From Candidatus Lustribacter sp. (GTDB taxonomy: Bacteria > Vulcanimicrobiota > Vulcanimicrobiia > Vulcanimicrobiales > Vulcanimicrobiaceae): a stretch of DNA of 64,000 nt. The stretch spans positions 3,680,001 through 3,744,000 of the forward strand of contig OZ255842.1 in assembly GCA_965277805.1 (NCBI GenBank). The letters run 5' to 3'. This document shows positions 1-10,058 of this stretch, piece after piece. A program made the translations under genes and the position numbers. The notes under the pieces are model-generated. The model ran no database searches, was not told where the DNA came from, and saw only the letters and a list, made by a program, of their open reading frames with translations. Within the stretch, counting starts at the first letter, position 1. The number at the start of each line of letters is the position of its first letter.

Positions 1-1
1 G

Positions 2-1006
2 GGGACACGACTCAACACATGGGCCGAGCTCTCAGGTAAGAGCATTCTGTTCCATCAGTTCGATATCGCGGAACATTATCACCGTCTGCTAACGCTGTTC
101 AATGAATGGAAGCCCGACGCGGTAGTGCATTTCGCCGAACAACGTGCTGCGCCGTATTCGATGAAGTCATCTTTTCATAAGCGTTACACTGTCAATAACA
201 ATCTCAATGCAACGAACAACGTGCTTGCCGCAGTTGTTGAATCGGGGTTGGACATCCACATCGTCCATCTTGGCACAATGGGCGTGTACGGCTACGGAAC
301 TGCAGGCATGAAGATACCTGAGGGTTATCTTCGCGTGAAAATCGACAAGCCTGGCGGCGAACCCGTAGATCAAGAGATCCTCTACCCGTCGAATCCCGGA
401 AGTATCTATCATTTAACTAAAACCCAGGACCAATTGTTTTTTGCATTTTATGCCAAAAACGATAAAGTCCGGATAACTGATCTTCATCAAGGCATCGTCT
501 GGGGCACGCAAACGAGGGAAACGATGCTAGACGAACGGCTAATCAATCGCTTCGATTACGACGGCGACTACGGTACCGTCTTAAACCGGTTCTTGATGCA
601 GGCGGCTCTCGATTATCCCTTAACGGTCCACGGCACGGGCGGGCAGTCGCGAGCCTTTATCAATATCCAGGATACCGTGCGTTGCGTTGAGCTAGCGATC
701 TTGAACGCTCCGAATCGTGGCGACAGAGTCAATATTCTCAATCAGATGACGGAGGTTCATCGGGTGAGAGATTTGGCACAAATGATCTCCGATATGACGA
801 ACGTACCTATATCGTATTTGAAGAACCCGCGTAATGAAGCGGACGAAAACGACCTTCACGTTGAAAATGCACAACTACGGAATCTAGGCCTGGAACCCAT
901 CACCCTTCAGTCCGGCCTTATGCGCGAAGTGACAGAGATCGCTCGCAAGTACGCATATCGTTGCGACCAAACGAAAATCCCGTGCACGTCTCTTTGGCGA
1001 GCGTAA
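2..1006 (+). CDS. sqdB: UDP-sulfoquinovose synthase (5' end lies outside the window)
   Basis: Frame open from base 2 (GTRLNTWAELSGK...PDAVVHFAEQRAAPYSMKS). SqdB motifs VHLGTMGVYGY, PGSIYHLTK, TDLHQGIVWG, NRFDYDGDYGTVLNRF, PRNEADENDL. Confidence 0.93.
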   Translation, partial: GTRLNTWAELSGKSILFHQFDIAEHYHRLLTLFNEWKPDAVVHFAEQRAAPYSMKSSFHKRYTVNNNLNATNNVLAAVVESGLDIHIVHLGTMGVYGYGTAGMKIPEGYLRVKIDKPGGEPVDQEILYPSNPGSIYHLTKTQDQLFFAFYAKNDKVRITDLHQGIVWGTQTRETMLDERLINRFDYDGDYGTVLNRFLMQAALDYPLTVHGTGGQSRAFINIQDTVRCVELAILNAPNRGDRVNILNQMTEVHRVRDLAQMISDMTNVPISYLKNPRNEADENDLHVENAQLRNLGLEPITLQSGLMREVTEIARKYAYRCDQTKIPCTSLWRA

Positions 1007-1085
1007 CTGAGACGACCGGGATTGCCCATGGCGGAGTGAAAAGGACAATATATGGGTCATACGGCTTAAGTCTTGATAGGTAGAG

Positions 1086-2960
1086 TTGAAGCAATTTAGT
1101 ATGCCGCGATTCGCTTGCGCACGCGGCCGCCTCCTCGTTCCAGTACTGCTGATCGCAGTAATACTTAGCATGATGTACATGCATCCTTCGATCCCATTTG
1201 CGAACGATGGTCACTGCGACCCTTGGTACATCTTTGGGTTGTTCTATACGTTCCCGAGTGCACTGCATTGGTGGTCCGGGGCGTATCAAGTCAGTCGGCT
1301 AACGGAAATCTTGCCCGGGTATATCTTTACTCGACTCTTTCCAGGTGTCGGAGCCGATTATGTATTGTTTCTTTTTAATTTGGGCATCTCGGTCGTTGCG
1401 TTCTATGGCGCCGTTCGTCGATTACTAACAATCCAAGTGGCGGTCATGTCCAGTCTGTTTCTGGCGCTCAGCCCGCTTATGCTGGGAAACTATTCCGCGA
1501 CGCTGGATGCGCCGGCCGTTACGTGGGACATCGTTAACCTTTACCTCGTGGCAGCCGCGATGACGTGCCCCGATTCGCGACGACGTTACGCCCTTGTATT
1601 CGCCTCTGGAATTGCTCTTGGACTAGCCCTCAACGCGTACGTAGCAATTGGCATCTTTGCGGCGGGAAACTATGTGATTTACTCTGTCTACGTGCTTGCT
1701 GACGGATCGCAAACGACTCGCAGGCGCGCTTACGCTATCCTGGTATCGCTACTTTTTACGGCGGGCGGTGCGCTGGCAACGATGCTGCTGCTCGGTTTCC
1801 TCGTGCTCGGATTCCATGGCACTTTCGACGAGGCATTCACGCAGTTCAACCTCTTCCTATCGATAATTTTCAACTTCGGCAAATCCGGCAGCGGCGGTGC
1901 GACATATTGGCAATCGAACTGGTATGCGGTGGGCGGAGTAACCGGAATGCTCGCCTTGACCGGCGCTACGTCTATTCTGAATCTTATCCGCTTGCGCACG
2001 GGGGACTTGGAGAAGAACCCCGACTATCGGAAGAAGCTTCTCGCCATTTCCAGCGGCGCACTTTTCGTCGTAGCTGCACTTCTGGTAGCAAATATCGCGG
2101 GATTTGTGCTACTGCAATACGACTACTACTACGTATTTTTCGTTCCCTACCTGGCGCTGGCGATCTTTTCGCCGCTGCTTTTCCTCGGCCCGATCTCCGA
2201 TATACTTCTGACCATCTTAGTGACCATTTTCTGCGCTGCGGGCTTCGTCGCGAATTCACTCCCATTTGCGAAACTGCCGTCAGTATATGGAGGCAGCGCT
2301 CAAAGCCAGGCCTCGATCATGACCGCACTCTTAGTAGCTGCGCTTTTTGCCGCTGTTGCTTTGCACAAGCGAGGACTGGCGCTAGTATTGATTCTGATAC
2401 TGGGCTCGTCGGCAATTTTAGTTGACCGGCCGGTACAAATGGGCACAGAAATGTGGTCCGGAAGCCGCACTGATGAACAGTTAGCAGCCGGCAGCTACGC
2501 TCGCGTACGACAGGGGCTCACCTACTTGCATAGTCTGCGCTTGACGGCCGCTCCATCTGTTTTTTGGTTAGAGCCCGATCCCAGTTTTGGCACGGAACTC
2601 GTCGCCTATCCAAGATCGTACTTGCAATGCGACTTCTGGAGTTTTCCAGCCCATCCAACTAACTCGCCTCCACTCAAGGCGGGGGAAGAGATTGTAGTGG
2701 TGGCCTCGTTAGATCACTTAGAGCAAAGGGCATCAGAGGCTCTTGCAAATCTGAACGCTCGGGATCAACCGATCTCCAAATATGAGATTAATTTTGGTGG
2801 CGTTCAATATGAAATACTGGTGTTGCGCATTACCGGATTCATTCGATCGGTCGGCAACTCGGCAAGCAATGGATTCGCTGAAGTTCCGTTACCGCGCAAG
2901 TTATCGTGCTCTGGCCAGCTATCCGAAGGGCGCGGCGTGCTAGCAAGTCATTATAACTGA
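1086..2960 (+). CDS. Polytopic membrane protein, probable GT-C-fold glycosyltransferase
   Basis: More than 10 hydrophobic segments; first-loop motif DPWYIFG...YQVSRL shared with the next gene; soluble C-terminal part; glycan-locus context. Start may be ATG 1101. Confidence 0.55.
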   Translation: MKQFSMPRFACARGRLLVPVLLIAVILSMMYMHPSIPFANDGHCDPWYIFGLFYTFPSALHWWSGAYQVSRLTEILPGYIFTRLFPGVGADYVLFLFNLGISVVAFYGAVRRLLTIQVAVMSSLFLALSPLMLGNYSATLDAPAVTWDIVNLYLVAAAMTCPDSRRRYALVFASGIALGLALNAYVAIGIFAAGNYVIYSVYVLADGSQTTRRRAYAILVSLLFTAGGALATMLLLGFLVLGFHGTFDEAFTQFNLFLSIIFNFGKSGSGGATYWQSNWYAVGGVTGMLALTGATSILNLIRLRTGDLEKNPDYRKKLLAISSGALFVVAALLVANIAGFVLLQYDYYYVFFVPYLALAIFSPLLFLGPISDILLTILVTIFCAAGFVANSLPFAKLPSVYGGSAQSQASIMTALLVAALFAAVALHKRGLALVLILILGSSAILVDRPVQMGTEMWSGSRTDEQLAAGSYARVRQGLTYLHSLRLTAAPSVFWLEPDPSFGTELVAYPRSYLQCDFWSFPAHPTNSPPLKAGEEIVVVASLDHLEQRASEALANLNARDQPISKYEINFGGVQYEILVLRITGFIRSVGNSASNGFAEVPLPRKLSCSGQLSEGRGVLASHYN

Positions 2961-2966
2961 CCGCTC

Positions 2967-5180
2967 ATGACAAACCCAACTATTAGCAGTCGGCTGTACC
3001 ACGCAGTGTGCAAGCTCCCGACGCCTTATGTGATCGGCCTCTTCGTTTTCCCATTGCTTCTTTTAATTATTAATGACTCTTGGGTATTTCCGCCGACGAG
3101 TTGGATCGATGCGTGGATTTACTCTGGGTACCACATGCACATCGCAAGATTACTACAGGATATACCGTCTGCCTATTATGGTTCTCGTGTACCTTGGACC
3201 GTTTTAGGCTGGGCCGTCCACCGAGTTGCCTCTCCAGAGGCGTCCCTGTTTGTTCTTGCTATGCTGATTGTTTACGCGTCAGCGTTTTCTTTGTTTTATT
3301 TAGTTTACACACTCTTCAACAATGCCGCTGCAGCTTTCATTTCCGCATGCCTTCTCGGGACGAATTCTTTTTTTCTTTTTGCAGCCGGTTGGAACTATGT
3401 CGATGGACCGTTAATTGCGTGTATCTCGCTTAGTTTGGCGACGTTGGTTGAGACCGCACGTGGGCGTTATTGGCGTATAGCAGCCGTTCTTTGGGGCGTA
3501 GTGACGGCGACAATGCTCGCGATCTACCTCATGAATGCAGTTTTGATTCCGATCGAAATTCTGCTTTTCATAGTACTTGATCGCATGGGTTCGCGTCGAT
3601 CACCGCGATCGATCGCTTTGCTATGGGTCGCAGGAGCTTTTGCGGCCGTGGTCGCGATGGGATTAGCAAATCGCATCGTCGGTGGGAGCTTTGATTTTTT
3701 TGGACCGACGCTGGCGGTCTTGGGTGCTCTAACGCCGGCGGGGACAAAAGACGTCTATTACGCGCCATGGCATGGGTGGTTACCCATCGCTTCCTGGATG
3801 ATTCTCCCAGGCATAATCGCAATCGCGAGCGTAGTTTTTTTCGTAGGCCGAGCCAAAGTCATTTTTCACAATTGGCGGCGGAAGGATACCAGCCCGGCGT
3901 GGAGCGCGGAAGCAAGCCTCCTGGTTTTCGCGACGGCTTATGTTCTAACCATATGTGGATTGGGCGTTATGCAGGTTTTCCACTGGGACATGCTATCGCT
4001 ATTTTTTCGAGCGAATACTCTCTGGCCGTTTGCCTTTGTCGTCCTAGGCGGTTTCCTCTCACTTCCACTAACGAATGCCTCAGCTCGCTTGCAGCTTGGT
4101 TTAGCCTCTGCTGCGGCGATCATTTGTATAGCGCCGTGGCTGTTGGGCGCTTTCGGCGCTATCCGTGCACCCTTTGCGTTCTGGCCGCCGGTCCACTCTC
4201 CGACTCAAATAATGATACGTCCCTCCCTTATTCTTTATGGGGAACGTTCTGAGGCCGTTTGGATTCTTACCGGAGCCGCGCTGCTAGTTGGAATGTGGTT
4301 ACTACCTCTTCGCAGCTTGTTGCTTCTTCCGGTTACTTTTTTTTCCATACTTAGTATTGCGTCGATTTCAACCGACACCGGAATACGTCTGCCCGAGGAT
4401 GCCGCAGTCAGCGATCGCTCATTGGCAGCTTTCGATGCGGCCGGCATTATCGACAGCAGTGTAACGAATCGCTTCGTTCTCTGGTGGTATCCGGGCGAGC
4501 AGGATCAGGACATTTTCTTGAGCCTTGGTTCCATGTACTTGCAGCCAACCCCGGTTCAGTTCGCACCTGGAGATCGCGTTATTTTTCTTGGTTCCAGCGA
4601 ATTGCCGCCCAAGAGAGTCGAGCCGTTACTGGCTCGCAATCATCTGATACTGGAGGCACCAGTCATCAAGCGCGTTCAGCGGGGTACCGTTGCTTTCGGT
4701 CTAGATATTGCGCAGGTTGGTCTCGATCCACAGTTTTTCGGGAGAACGGAATTACCGATTACCGGGCTCATCGCTCCAGCTACGTCGGTACCGTCGCCCA
4801 CTTCTTCAAACGCAGGTGTCAACATCATGACACCAGCACAAGCGTGGGCTTATGGTGCCGTACTTGGGATTCCGCAAGAGATTAAGCGCGCTCATCCATC
4901 ACGCGTTTTCATGCGCGTGCGCCTCCGCGTCGTTAGCGGCGACATGGGGGTCGGCGTGACGACGAAGGACGGCACCGCCTGGGTGGATCGGAAGTTCGTC
5001 CACAGTTCGTCCATGGAGCGTGAAGTCTACCTAACTATTCCAGCGTTAGAGAATGCGGGTGATCTCGTCTTTTGCAGTAATGGCGCAAACGTCGCGAGCA
5101 CAGCGAATGTTCGTTCTATCAGCATCCTTTACGAAAAAGCAACCGCAAGCCCGAAGATCCGACTATTAGTGCACCCGTGA
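2967..5180 (+). CDS. Polytopic membrane protein, probable GT-C glycosyltransferase with a C-terminal beta-sandwich domain
   Basis: Many TM segments; DAWIYSG...YYGSRV motif paralogous to the upstream gene; beta-rich C-terminal domain (TPAQAWAYGAVL...RVRLRVVSGDMGVGV). Confidence 0.55.
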   Translation: MTNPTISSRLYHAVCKLPTPYVIGLFVFPLLLLIINDSWVFPPTSWIDAWIYSGYHMHIARLLQDIPSAYYGSRVPWTVLGWAVHRVASPEASLFVLAMLIVYASAFSLFYLVYTLFNNAAAAFISACLLGTNSFFLFAAGWNYVDGPLIACISLSLATLVETARGRYWRIAAVLWGVVTATMLAIYLMNAVLIPIEILLFIVLDRMGSRRSPRSIALLWVAGAFAAVVAMGLANRIVGGSFDFFGPTLAVLGALTPAGTKDVYYAPWHGWLPIASWMILPGIIAIASVVFFVGRAKVIFHNWRRKDTSPAWSAEASLLVFATAYVLTICGLGVMQVFHWDMLSLFFRANTLWPFAFVVLGGFLSLPLTNASARLQLGLASAAAIICIAPWLLGAFGAIRAPFAFWPPVHSPTQIMIRPSLILYGERSEAVWILTGAALLVGMWLLPLRSLLLLPVTFFSILSIASISTDTGIRLPEDAAVSDRSLAAFDAAGIIDSSVTNRFVLWWYPGEQDQDIFLSLGSMYLQPTPVQFAPGDRVIFLGSSELPPKRVEPLLARNHLILEAPVIKRVQRGTVAFGLDIAQVGLDPQFFGRTELPITGLIAPATSVPSPTSSNAGVNIMTPAQAWAYGAVLGIPQEIKRAHPSRVFMRVRLRVVSGDMGVGVTTKDGTAWVDRKFVHSSSMEREVYLTIPALENAGDLVFCSNGANVASTANVRSISILYEKATASPKIRLLVHP

Positions 5181-6733
5181 GGACTTCGTGGGAATGGTAT
5201 GACACGCTAGACGTACCTCTGGTTTGTCTTGCAACGCTACTTTTTGTGATTCCACTCTTTATCGCACCACTCACCTTTCCCACGTATTACGATGACGAGA
5301 GTTGGACATATCTCCCAGTTTTCGAAGCATTGCGAGGGAACGGCTTTTCCTTTGCAGCGCTAGGCGCGAACCATGTGCTCTTTATTGTATCGGACGTTCT
5401 TCTCTGGCCAATCGCGAGACTCTCAGTTTTCTCGCCTGAGATAACCGTCCGCCTTTCCGGGACGTTAGTCGGGACCGCGCTTATTCTTGCGGTCTGGCAA
5501 CTAGGGAAGCGTCTGGTCCGGGGCACGGCATTCGTCGCACCAGCGCTCCTCGTTATGGTTCCACTGGCATTTACGACATACCGCTACGGGAGGATCGACG
5601 CGCTTGCACTCGCGCTGGGGGTATGGGCAGCGGTGCTAGCGGTCGACCGTAAACCAGTTTCCGGCGCGCTAGTCTCCCTCGCAGTCTGCGTGCACCCTAT
5701 GATGATTTGGTGCATCCCGTTCTGCGTCTTCATGATGTCGCGCGACCGCAACATACGCCCGATCCTTATGTTCGCTGCATTCGGAATTTTGGCGTTACTG
5801 CCGCAAATCATCTGGTTTATCGCATACCGCGATGAGTTGCTCGTCTTCGCTCACAAATTTGTTGTGTCGAGCAGTATTGCGCCCGGACGCAGCTTCGCGA
5901 CACAAATTGTCCCATTAGTAGCCGGCGAGTGGATGCAGCTTTCCGATTACGTCGGCCAGCTCTCTTCCGGTGACAAGGTGCTGGAGTCAATCTTGATCGC
6001 CGCGCCAATGTTGTTATCCGTTTACCGTAACCGGTTGCTATGCACGCTGCTGGTCATACCGGTATTGCTATGTCTCACTTTTCTGTTCAGACTGAAGAAT
6101 CCATATTATCTGATCTTTCTCGTTCCGGTCGTGGTGATCGTTGCAGCGCATGGAATTTCCCTCTTGCCGAGACGGTTCGCTGTCGTGGCGACTGTGGTAG
6201 CGCTAACAGCCACGTTAATTCATTTGATGGGCGGATTGACCCAGGCAGAAAGTGCCGCGGGTATTGTTTCCTTCAAGGAAGCCATAGAACCGGACTTGCC
6301 CAAGCAAGCTATCGTTTTTGGCCCTGCTATCTTGGGCGGTATCATACGCGATCGACCCGATCTCCAGTTCTTCACTTATCACGCACTATCCGATCGATCT
6401 GGCTGGGGCTACCCATCGACGTGTGCGCAACTCGACGCTCGTTTCAGAGAGAGAATCGCGGACGACCCTCGGCCCACATCGCGCCGGACCGGCGCCGCGT
6501 CCAATACGGTATTCCTAGCCGGGGCTTCGCCATTCGACATCGTCGGCTATCTCAAGCTCATCTGGCCGAATCTTTCGCTCGAAGAGGCCAACTGTATTCT
6601 TCATTCTCCAGGAGAAACAATTGAGCGGATACCGCTCAGATGCGCAGATGGGAAGATCTGCGGCACAGCAACCCTCGCCACAAGGCCACTAGTAAAGCCG
6701 GCGACGAAGACCAGCTTACCGTATTCGCAATGA
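5177..6733 (+). CDS. ArnT/PMT-like (GT-C) membrane glycosyltransferase
   Basis: Acidic DDE in the first loop after TM1 (PTYYDDESWTY), YRYGRIDAL, multiple TM helices; GTGA overlap with the previous gene. Confidence 0.6.
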   Translation: MRTSWEWYDTLDVPLVCLATLLFVIPLFIAPLTFPTYYDDESWTYLPVFEALRGNGFSFAALGANHVLFIVSDVLLWPIARLSVFSPEITVRLSGTLVGTALILAVWQLGKRLVRGTAFVAPALLVMVPLAFTTYRYGRIDALALALGVWAAVLAVDRKPVSGALVSLAVCVHPMMIWCIPFCVFMMSRDRNIRPILMFAAFGILALLPQIIWFIAYRDELLVFAHKFVVSSSIAPGRSFATQIVPLVAGEWMQLSDYVGQLSSGDKVLESILIAAPMLLSVYRNRLLCTLLVIPVLLCLTFLFRLKNPYYLIFLVPVVVIVAAHGISLLPRRFAVVATVVALTATLIHLMGGLTQAESAAGIVSFKEAIEPDLPKQAIVFGPAILGGIIRDRPDLQFFTYHALSDRSGWGYPSTCAQLDARFRERIADDPRPTSRRTGAASNTVFLAGASPFDIVGYLKLIWPNLSLEEANCILHSPGETIERIPLRCADGKICGTATLATRPLVKPATKTSLPYSQ

Positions 6734-6751
6734 GGGGATGCCAGGCGAGGA

Positions 6752-7588
6752 ATGAGGAGTTTCGAAGCTGTACCGATCGATGCCGTTCGTGAGTTTTGGG
6801 ATGGGCGCCCGTGTAATATTCGGCATTCGCCAAAACCGGTCGGAACGCGCGAATATTTCGACGAAGTCGAGGCGCGCAAATATTTCGTCGAGCCGCACAT
6901 CCTTCGATTTGCGGACTTTCCTCACTGGAAGGGGAAGCGCGTCCTAGAAATCGGCTGTGGGATCGGAACCGCGACCATCGGCTTTCTGCGTGAAGGAGCG
7001 ACCGTAACGGCGGTCGACCTTTCTAAGGAGTCCCTCGAACTTGCGCGCCGCCGAGCAGATCTATATGGGTTTTCGGATCGAGTGGCTTTTGCTGAAGCCG
7101 ATGCTGAACGGCTTAGCGACTCGATTGCTGCCTTACCCTACGACCTCGTGTACTCGTTCGGTGTCTTGCACCATACGCCGCACCCCGAACGAGCCATTGA
7201 CCAGATACGCTCGTTCGTGAAGCCCGGCAGCACCGTGAAACTCATGATGTACTACACGTTTTCGTGGAAAGTCATTTGGGCAGTGCTGCGGTATGGGCGC
7301 GGCCGGCTCTGGGACTGGCGCCGCATAATTGCAACCTACTCCGAGGCACAAACGGGATGCCCGGTAACCTACACCTATACGAAGAGCGAACTGTCGCAAA
7401 TCCTCGAGAAGCGCGGCTACCGCGTGACCGAAGTCTTTGTCGATCACATCTTCCCGTACAGTATTCCGGAGTATGTTCAATATCGGTACAAGCGAGTGTG
7501 GTATTTCCGCTGGATGCCGACTCCGCTGTTCCGCTGGTTCGAACGGAACTTCGGCTGGCATCTTTGCATCACGGCCGTCGCCGAGTAA
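6752..7588 (+). CDS. Class I SAM-dependent methyltransferase
   Basis: Motif I VLEIGCGIG; YDLVYSFGVLHHTP; GAGGA ribosome-binding site just upstream. Confidence 0.88.
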   Translation: MRSFEAVPIDAVREFWDGRPCNIRHSPKPVGTREYFDEVEARKYFVEPHILRFADFPHWKGKRVLEIGCGIGTATIGFLREGATVTAVDLSKESLELARRRADLYGFSDRVAFAEADAERLSDSIAALPYDLVYSFGVLHHTPHPERAIDQIRSFVKPGSTVKLMMYYTFSWKVIWAVLRYGRGRLWDWRRIIATYSEAQTGCPVTYTYTKSELSQILEKRGYRVTEVFVDHIFPYSIPEYVQYRYKRVWYFRWMPTPLFRWFERNFGWHLCITAVAE

Positions 7589-7596
7589 TTCGCGAA

Positions 7597-8610
7597 CTAT
7601 CTGTTCGCGATCTCCGGTATCCGGCTGCCTGCGACCATCTGGTCGTAGATCCAGCGGTACGTCTTCTCTAATCCCGTTGCGAGCGAAATCGACGGCTCCC
7701 AACCGAACTGCTTCTTAATAAGCGTATTGTCCGAACTGCGGCCGCGCACGCCCTTCGGTGCATCGAGATCGTAGCTGCGCTTGACCTTAATGCCGGCGAT
7801 CTTTTCGATGATGTCGACCATCTGATTGATGGTGACGAGTTCCGCTGAGCCGATGTTGATCGGTTCCGCAAAGTCGCTCGCGGTCAGCATGAGCGTGCCT
7901 TTTACGCAATCGTCGATGTACATGAACGTGCGCGTCTGCTCGCCGTCGCCCCAAATCTCGATCTCGTGTTTGCCCGACAACTTCGCGGCAGCGATTTTGC
8001 GGCAGGTTGCTGCCGGCGCTTTCTCACGTCCGCCTTCCCATGTGCCGAAGGGCCCGTAGACGTTATGGTAGCGCGCGACGCGCGTCTGAACGCCGAAGTC
8101 TTCGAGGAAATGCCGGCACATGCGTTCGGAGAAGAGCTTCTCCCAGCCGTAGCCGTCCTCGGGCATCGCCGGATACGCGTCTTCTTCCTTTAGCGGCGTC
8201 ACATCCGCTTCGCGCTGCTTGTCTACGTTATACACGCACGCCGATGATGCATAGAAGTACCGTTCGACGCCGGCTTCGCGTGCGGCGCATAGCAAATTCG
8301 TGTTGATCAAAACCGAGATCATACACTTCGCGCGATGGGCTTCAATAAAGCCCATACCGCCCATATCGGCCGCGAGGCAAATGACATAATCCATCCCGCG
8401 CACCGCGCGGCGGCATTCGTCCGGGTTGCTCAAATCGAGAATCAGGTTATCGGCATCGGCATGCACCTGATACCACTCTTCGCGCGGCTTGATGTCGACG
8501 CAGCGCACGTGTGAGAAGCCTCGATCGAGGGCTTCCTTCACCATCCAGCCACCAATAAAGCCACCGCCACCAGCGATCAGGATCGAGCGGCGGGTATCGA
8601 GTTCAACCAT
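7597..8610 (-). CDS. NAD-dependent epimerase, GDP-D-mannose 3',5'-epimerase-like
   Basis: GGGGFIG, LAADMGGMGFI, FYASSACVY, YGWEKLFSE, GGREKAPAA, EIWGDGEQTR, GVRGRSSDN; GGAGG SD upstream. Confidence 0.85.
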   Translation of the reverse strand: MVELDTRRSILIAGGGGFIGGWMVKEALDRGFSHVRCVDIKPREEWYQVHADADNLILDLSNPDECRRAVRGMDYVICLAADMGGMGFIEAHRAKCMISVLINTNLLCAAREAGVERYFYASSACVYNVDKQREADVTPLKEEDAYPAMPEDGYGWEKLFSERMCRHFLEDFGVQTRVARYHNVYGPFGTWEGGREKAPAATCRKIAAAKLSGKHEIEIWGDGEQTRTFMYIDDCVKGTLMLTASDFAEPINIGSAELVTINQMVDIIEKIAGIKVKRSYDLDAPKGVRGRSSDNTLIKKQFGWEPSISLATGLEKTYRWIYDQMVAGSRIPEIANR

Positions 8611-8726
8611 GGGGTGGCCTCCGGCAGAGCATGGCTTCAGAAATTAGCGGACGTGTCAGCTCCTCTCCTGTTGCCGAGCAGCGGCCATCCAGGCAAAGGC
8701 CTCCGGGCGGCCGAAAATGCGGCACA

Positions 8727-10058
8727 ATGAGGGTTTCCGTTATCGGTCTTGGCAAACTCGGCGCGCCCATGGCGGCGGTCTTTGCGGCAAAGGGGCACGA
8801 CGTGATCGGCCTCGACATCAACCCCGCTTTCGTTTCCGCCCTCGGAGCGGGGAAGGCGCCGGTCGAAGAGCCGCGGCTGCAAGAGATGATTGACGCGGGC
8901 CGTGCCCGCCTCAGCGCCACGCTCGACCACGACGAGCTGATCGCCAAAAGCGACATCACTTTTATCATTGTGCCGACTCCGAGCGGGCCGGACGGGGCCT
9001 TCACAAACGACTACGTGATCGCAGCCCTGGAAAGGCTTGGTGCAGCACTTCGACGGAAGTCGCTGTATCACGTATTGGTCGTGACCTCGACCGTTATGCC
9101 CGGATCGATGGACGGTCCGATTCGCGAGGCGCTCGAGCGCGCTTCCGGCCGCCGCGTCGGCGAAGACATTGGGCTTTGCTATAACCCGGAGTTCATCGCA
9201 CTGGGCAGCGTTGTCAACAATATGCTCGAGCCCGACTTCCTCCTAATCGGGGAGAGCGATGAGCGGGCCGGCACCCTGTGCGCTTCTGTTTATGAAACGG
9301 TCTGCCCCAATCATCCGTCCGCGAGGCGCATGAATTTCGTCAACGCCGAACTCTCGAAAATCTCCGTCAATACATTTGTAACTACGAAAATCTCGTACGC
9401 CAACATGCTGGCCGATATTTGTGACCGCTTGCCGGGTGCCGATGCCGATGTTGTCGCGGCCGCAGTTGGTTCTGATAGCCGCATCGGCCGCAAATACTTA
9501 CGCGGAGCCGTCGGTTACGGTGGTCCGTGCTTTCCACGCGACAATATCGCGTTCGGCGTCCTGGCTGACCGGCTCGGCGCGCACGCCGATATTGCGCGGG
9601 CAACGGACTCGATCAACCGTTACCAAATCGATCGCCTTTCGAGTGCCGTGAAATCGCGGGTTTCTAAAGGGGCACGCGTCGCTATACTCGGGATGTCGTA
9701 CAAACAAGACACCGGCGTTATCGAAGAAAGCCAGGGTGTAATGCTCGCGCGTCGTCTTAGCGACGAGGGGTACGCCGTAACGATTCACGATCCGGCGGCG
9801 CTGTCCGCAGCGGCACAAGAGCTGGGCGACGGCGTTTCGCAAGCGACGTCCGCGCTTGAAGCCGTGAAGGATGCCGATCTTGCGGTGATTGTGACACCAT
9901 GGCCGGAATATGCGGAATTGCAAAGCGCCGCACTACCGCGCCGGCTTACCGTGATCGATTGTTGGCGGCAACTACCTCGCGGTCCGGTCGGTGATTTTCT
10001 CGACGTTGCCTGGCTCGGCTACGGCAATCACGAGACGATATCTTCGGCTTCTGCCTAG
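8727..10058 (+). CDS. UDP-glucose/GDP-mannose dehydrogenase family protein
   Basis: Start reassigned to ATG 8727 (MRVSVIGLGKLG); IIVPTP, YNPEF, catalytic GYGGPCFPRD. Confidence 0.9.
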   Translation: MRVSVIGLGKLGAPMAAVFAAKGHDVIGLDINPAFVSALGAGKAPVEEPRLQEMIDAGRARLSATLDHDELIAKSDITFIIVPTPSGPDGAFTNDYVIAALERLGAALRRKSLYHVLVVTSTVMPGSMDGPIREALERASGRRVGEDIGLCYNPEFIALGSVVNNMLEPDFLLIGESDERAGTLCASVYETVCPNHPSARRMNFVNAELSKISVNTFVTTKISYANMLADICDRLPGADADVVAAAVGSDSRIGRKYLRGAVGYGGPCFPRDNIAFGVLADRLGAHADIARATDSINRYQIDRLSSAVKSRVSKGARVAILGMSYKQDTGVIEESQGVMLARRLSDEGYAVTIHDPAALSAAAQELGDGVSQATSALEAVKDADLAVIVTPWPEYAELQSAALPRRLTVIDCWRQLPRGPVGDFLDVAWLGYGNHETISSASA

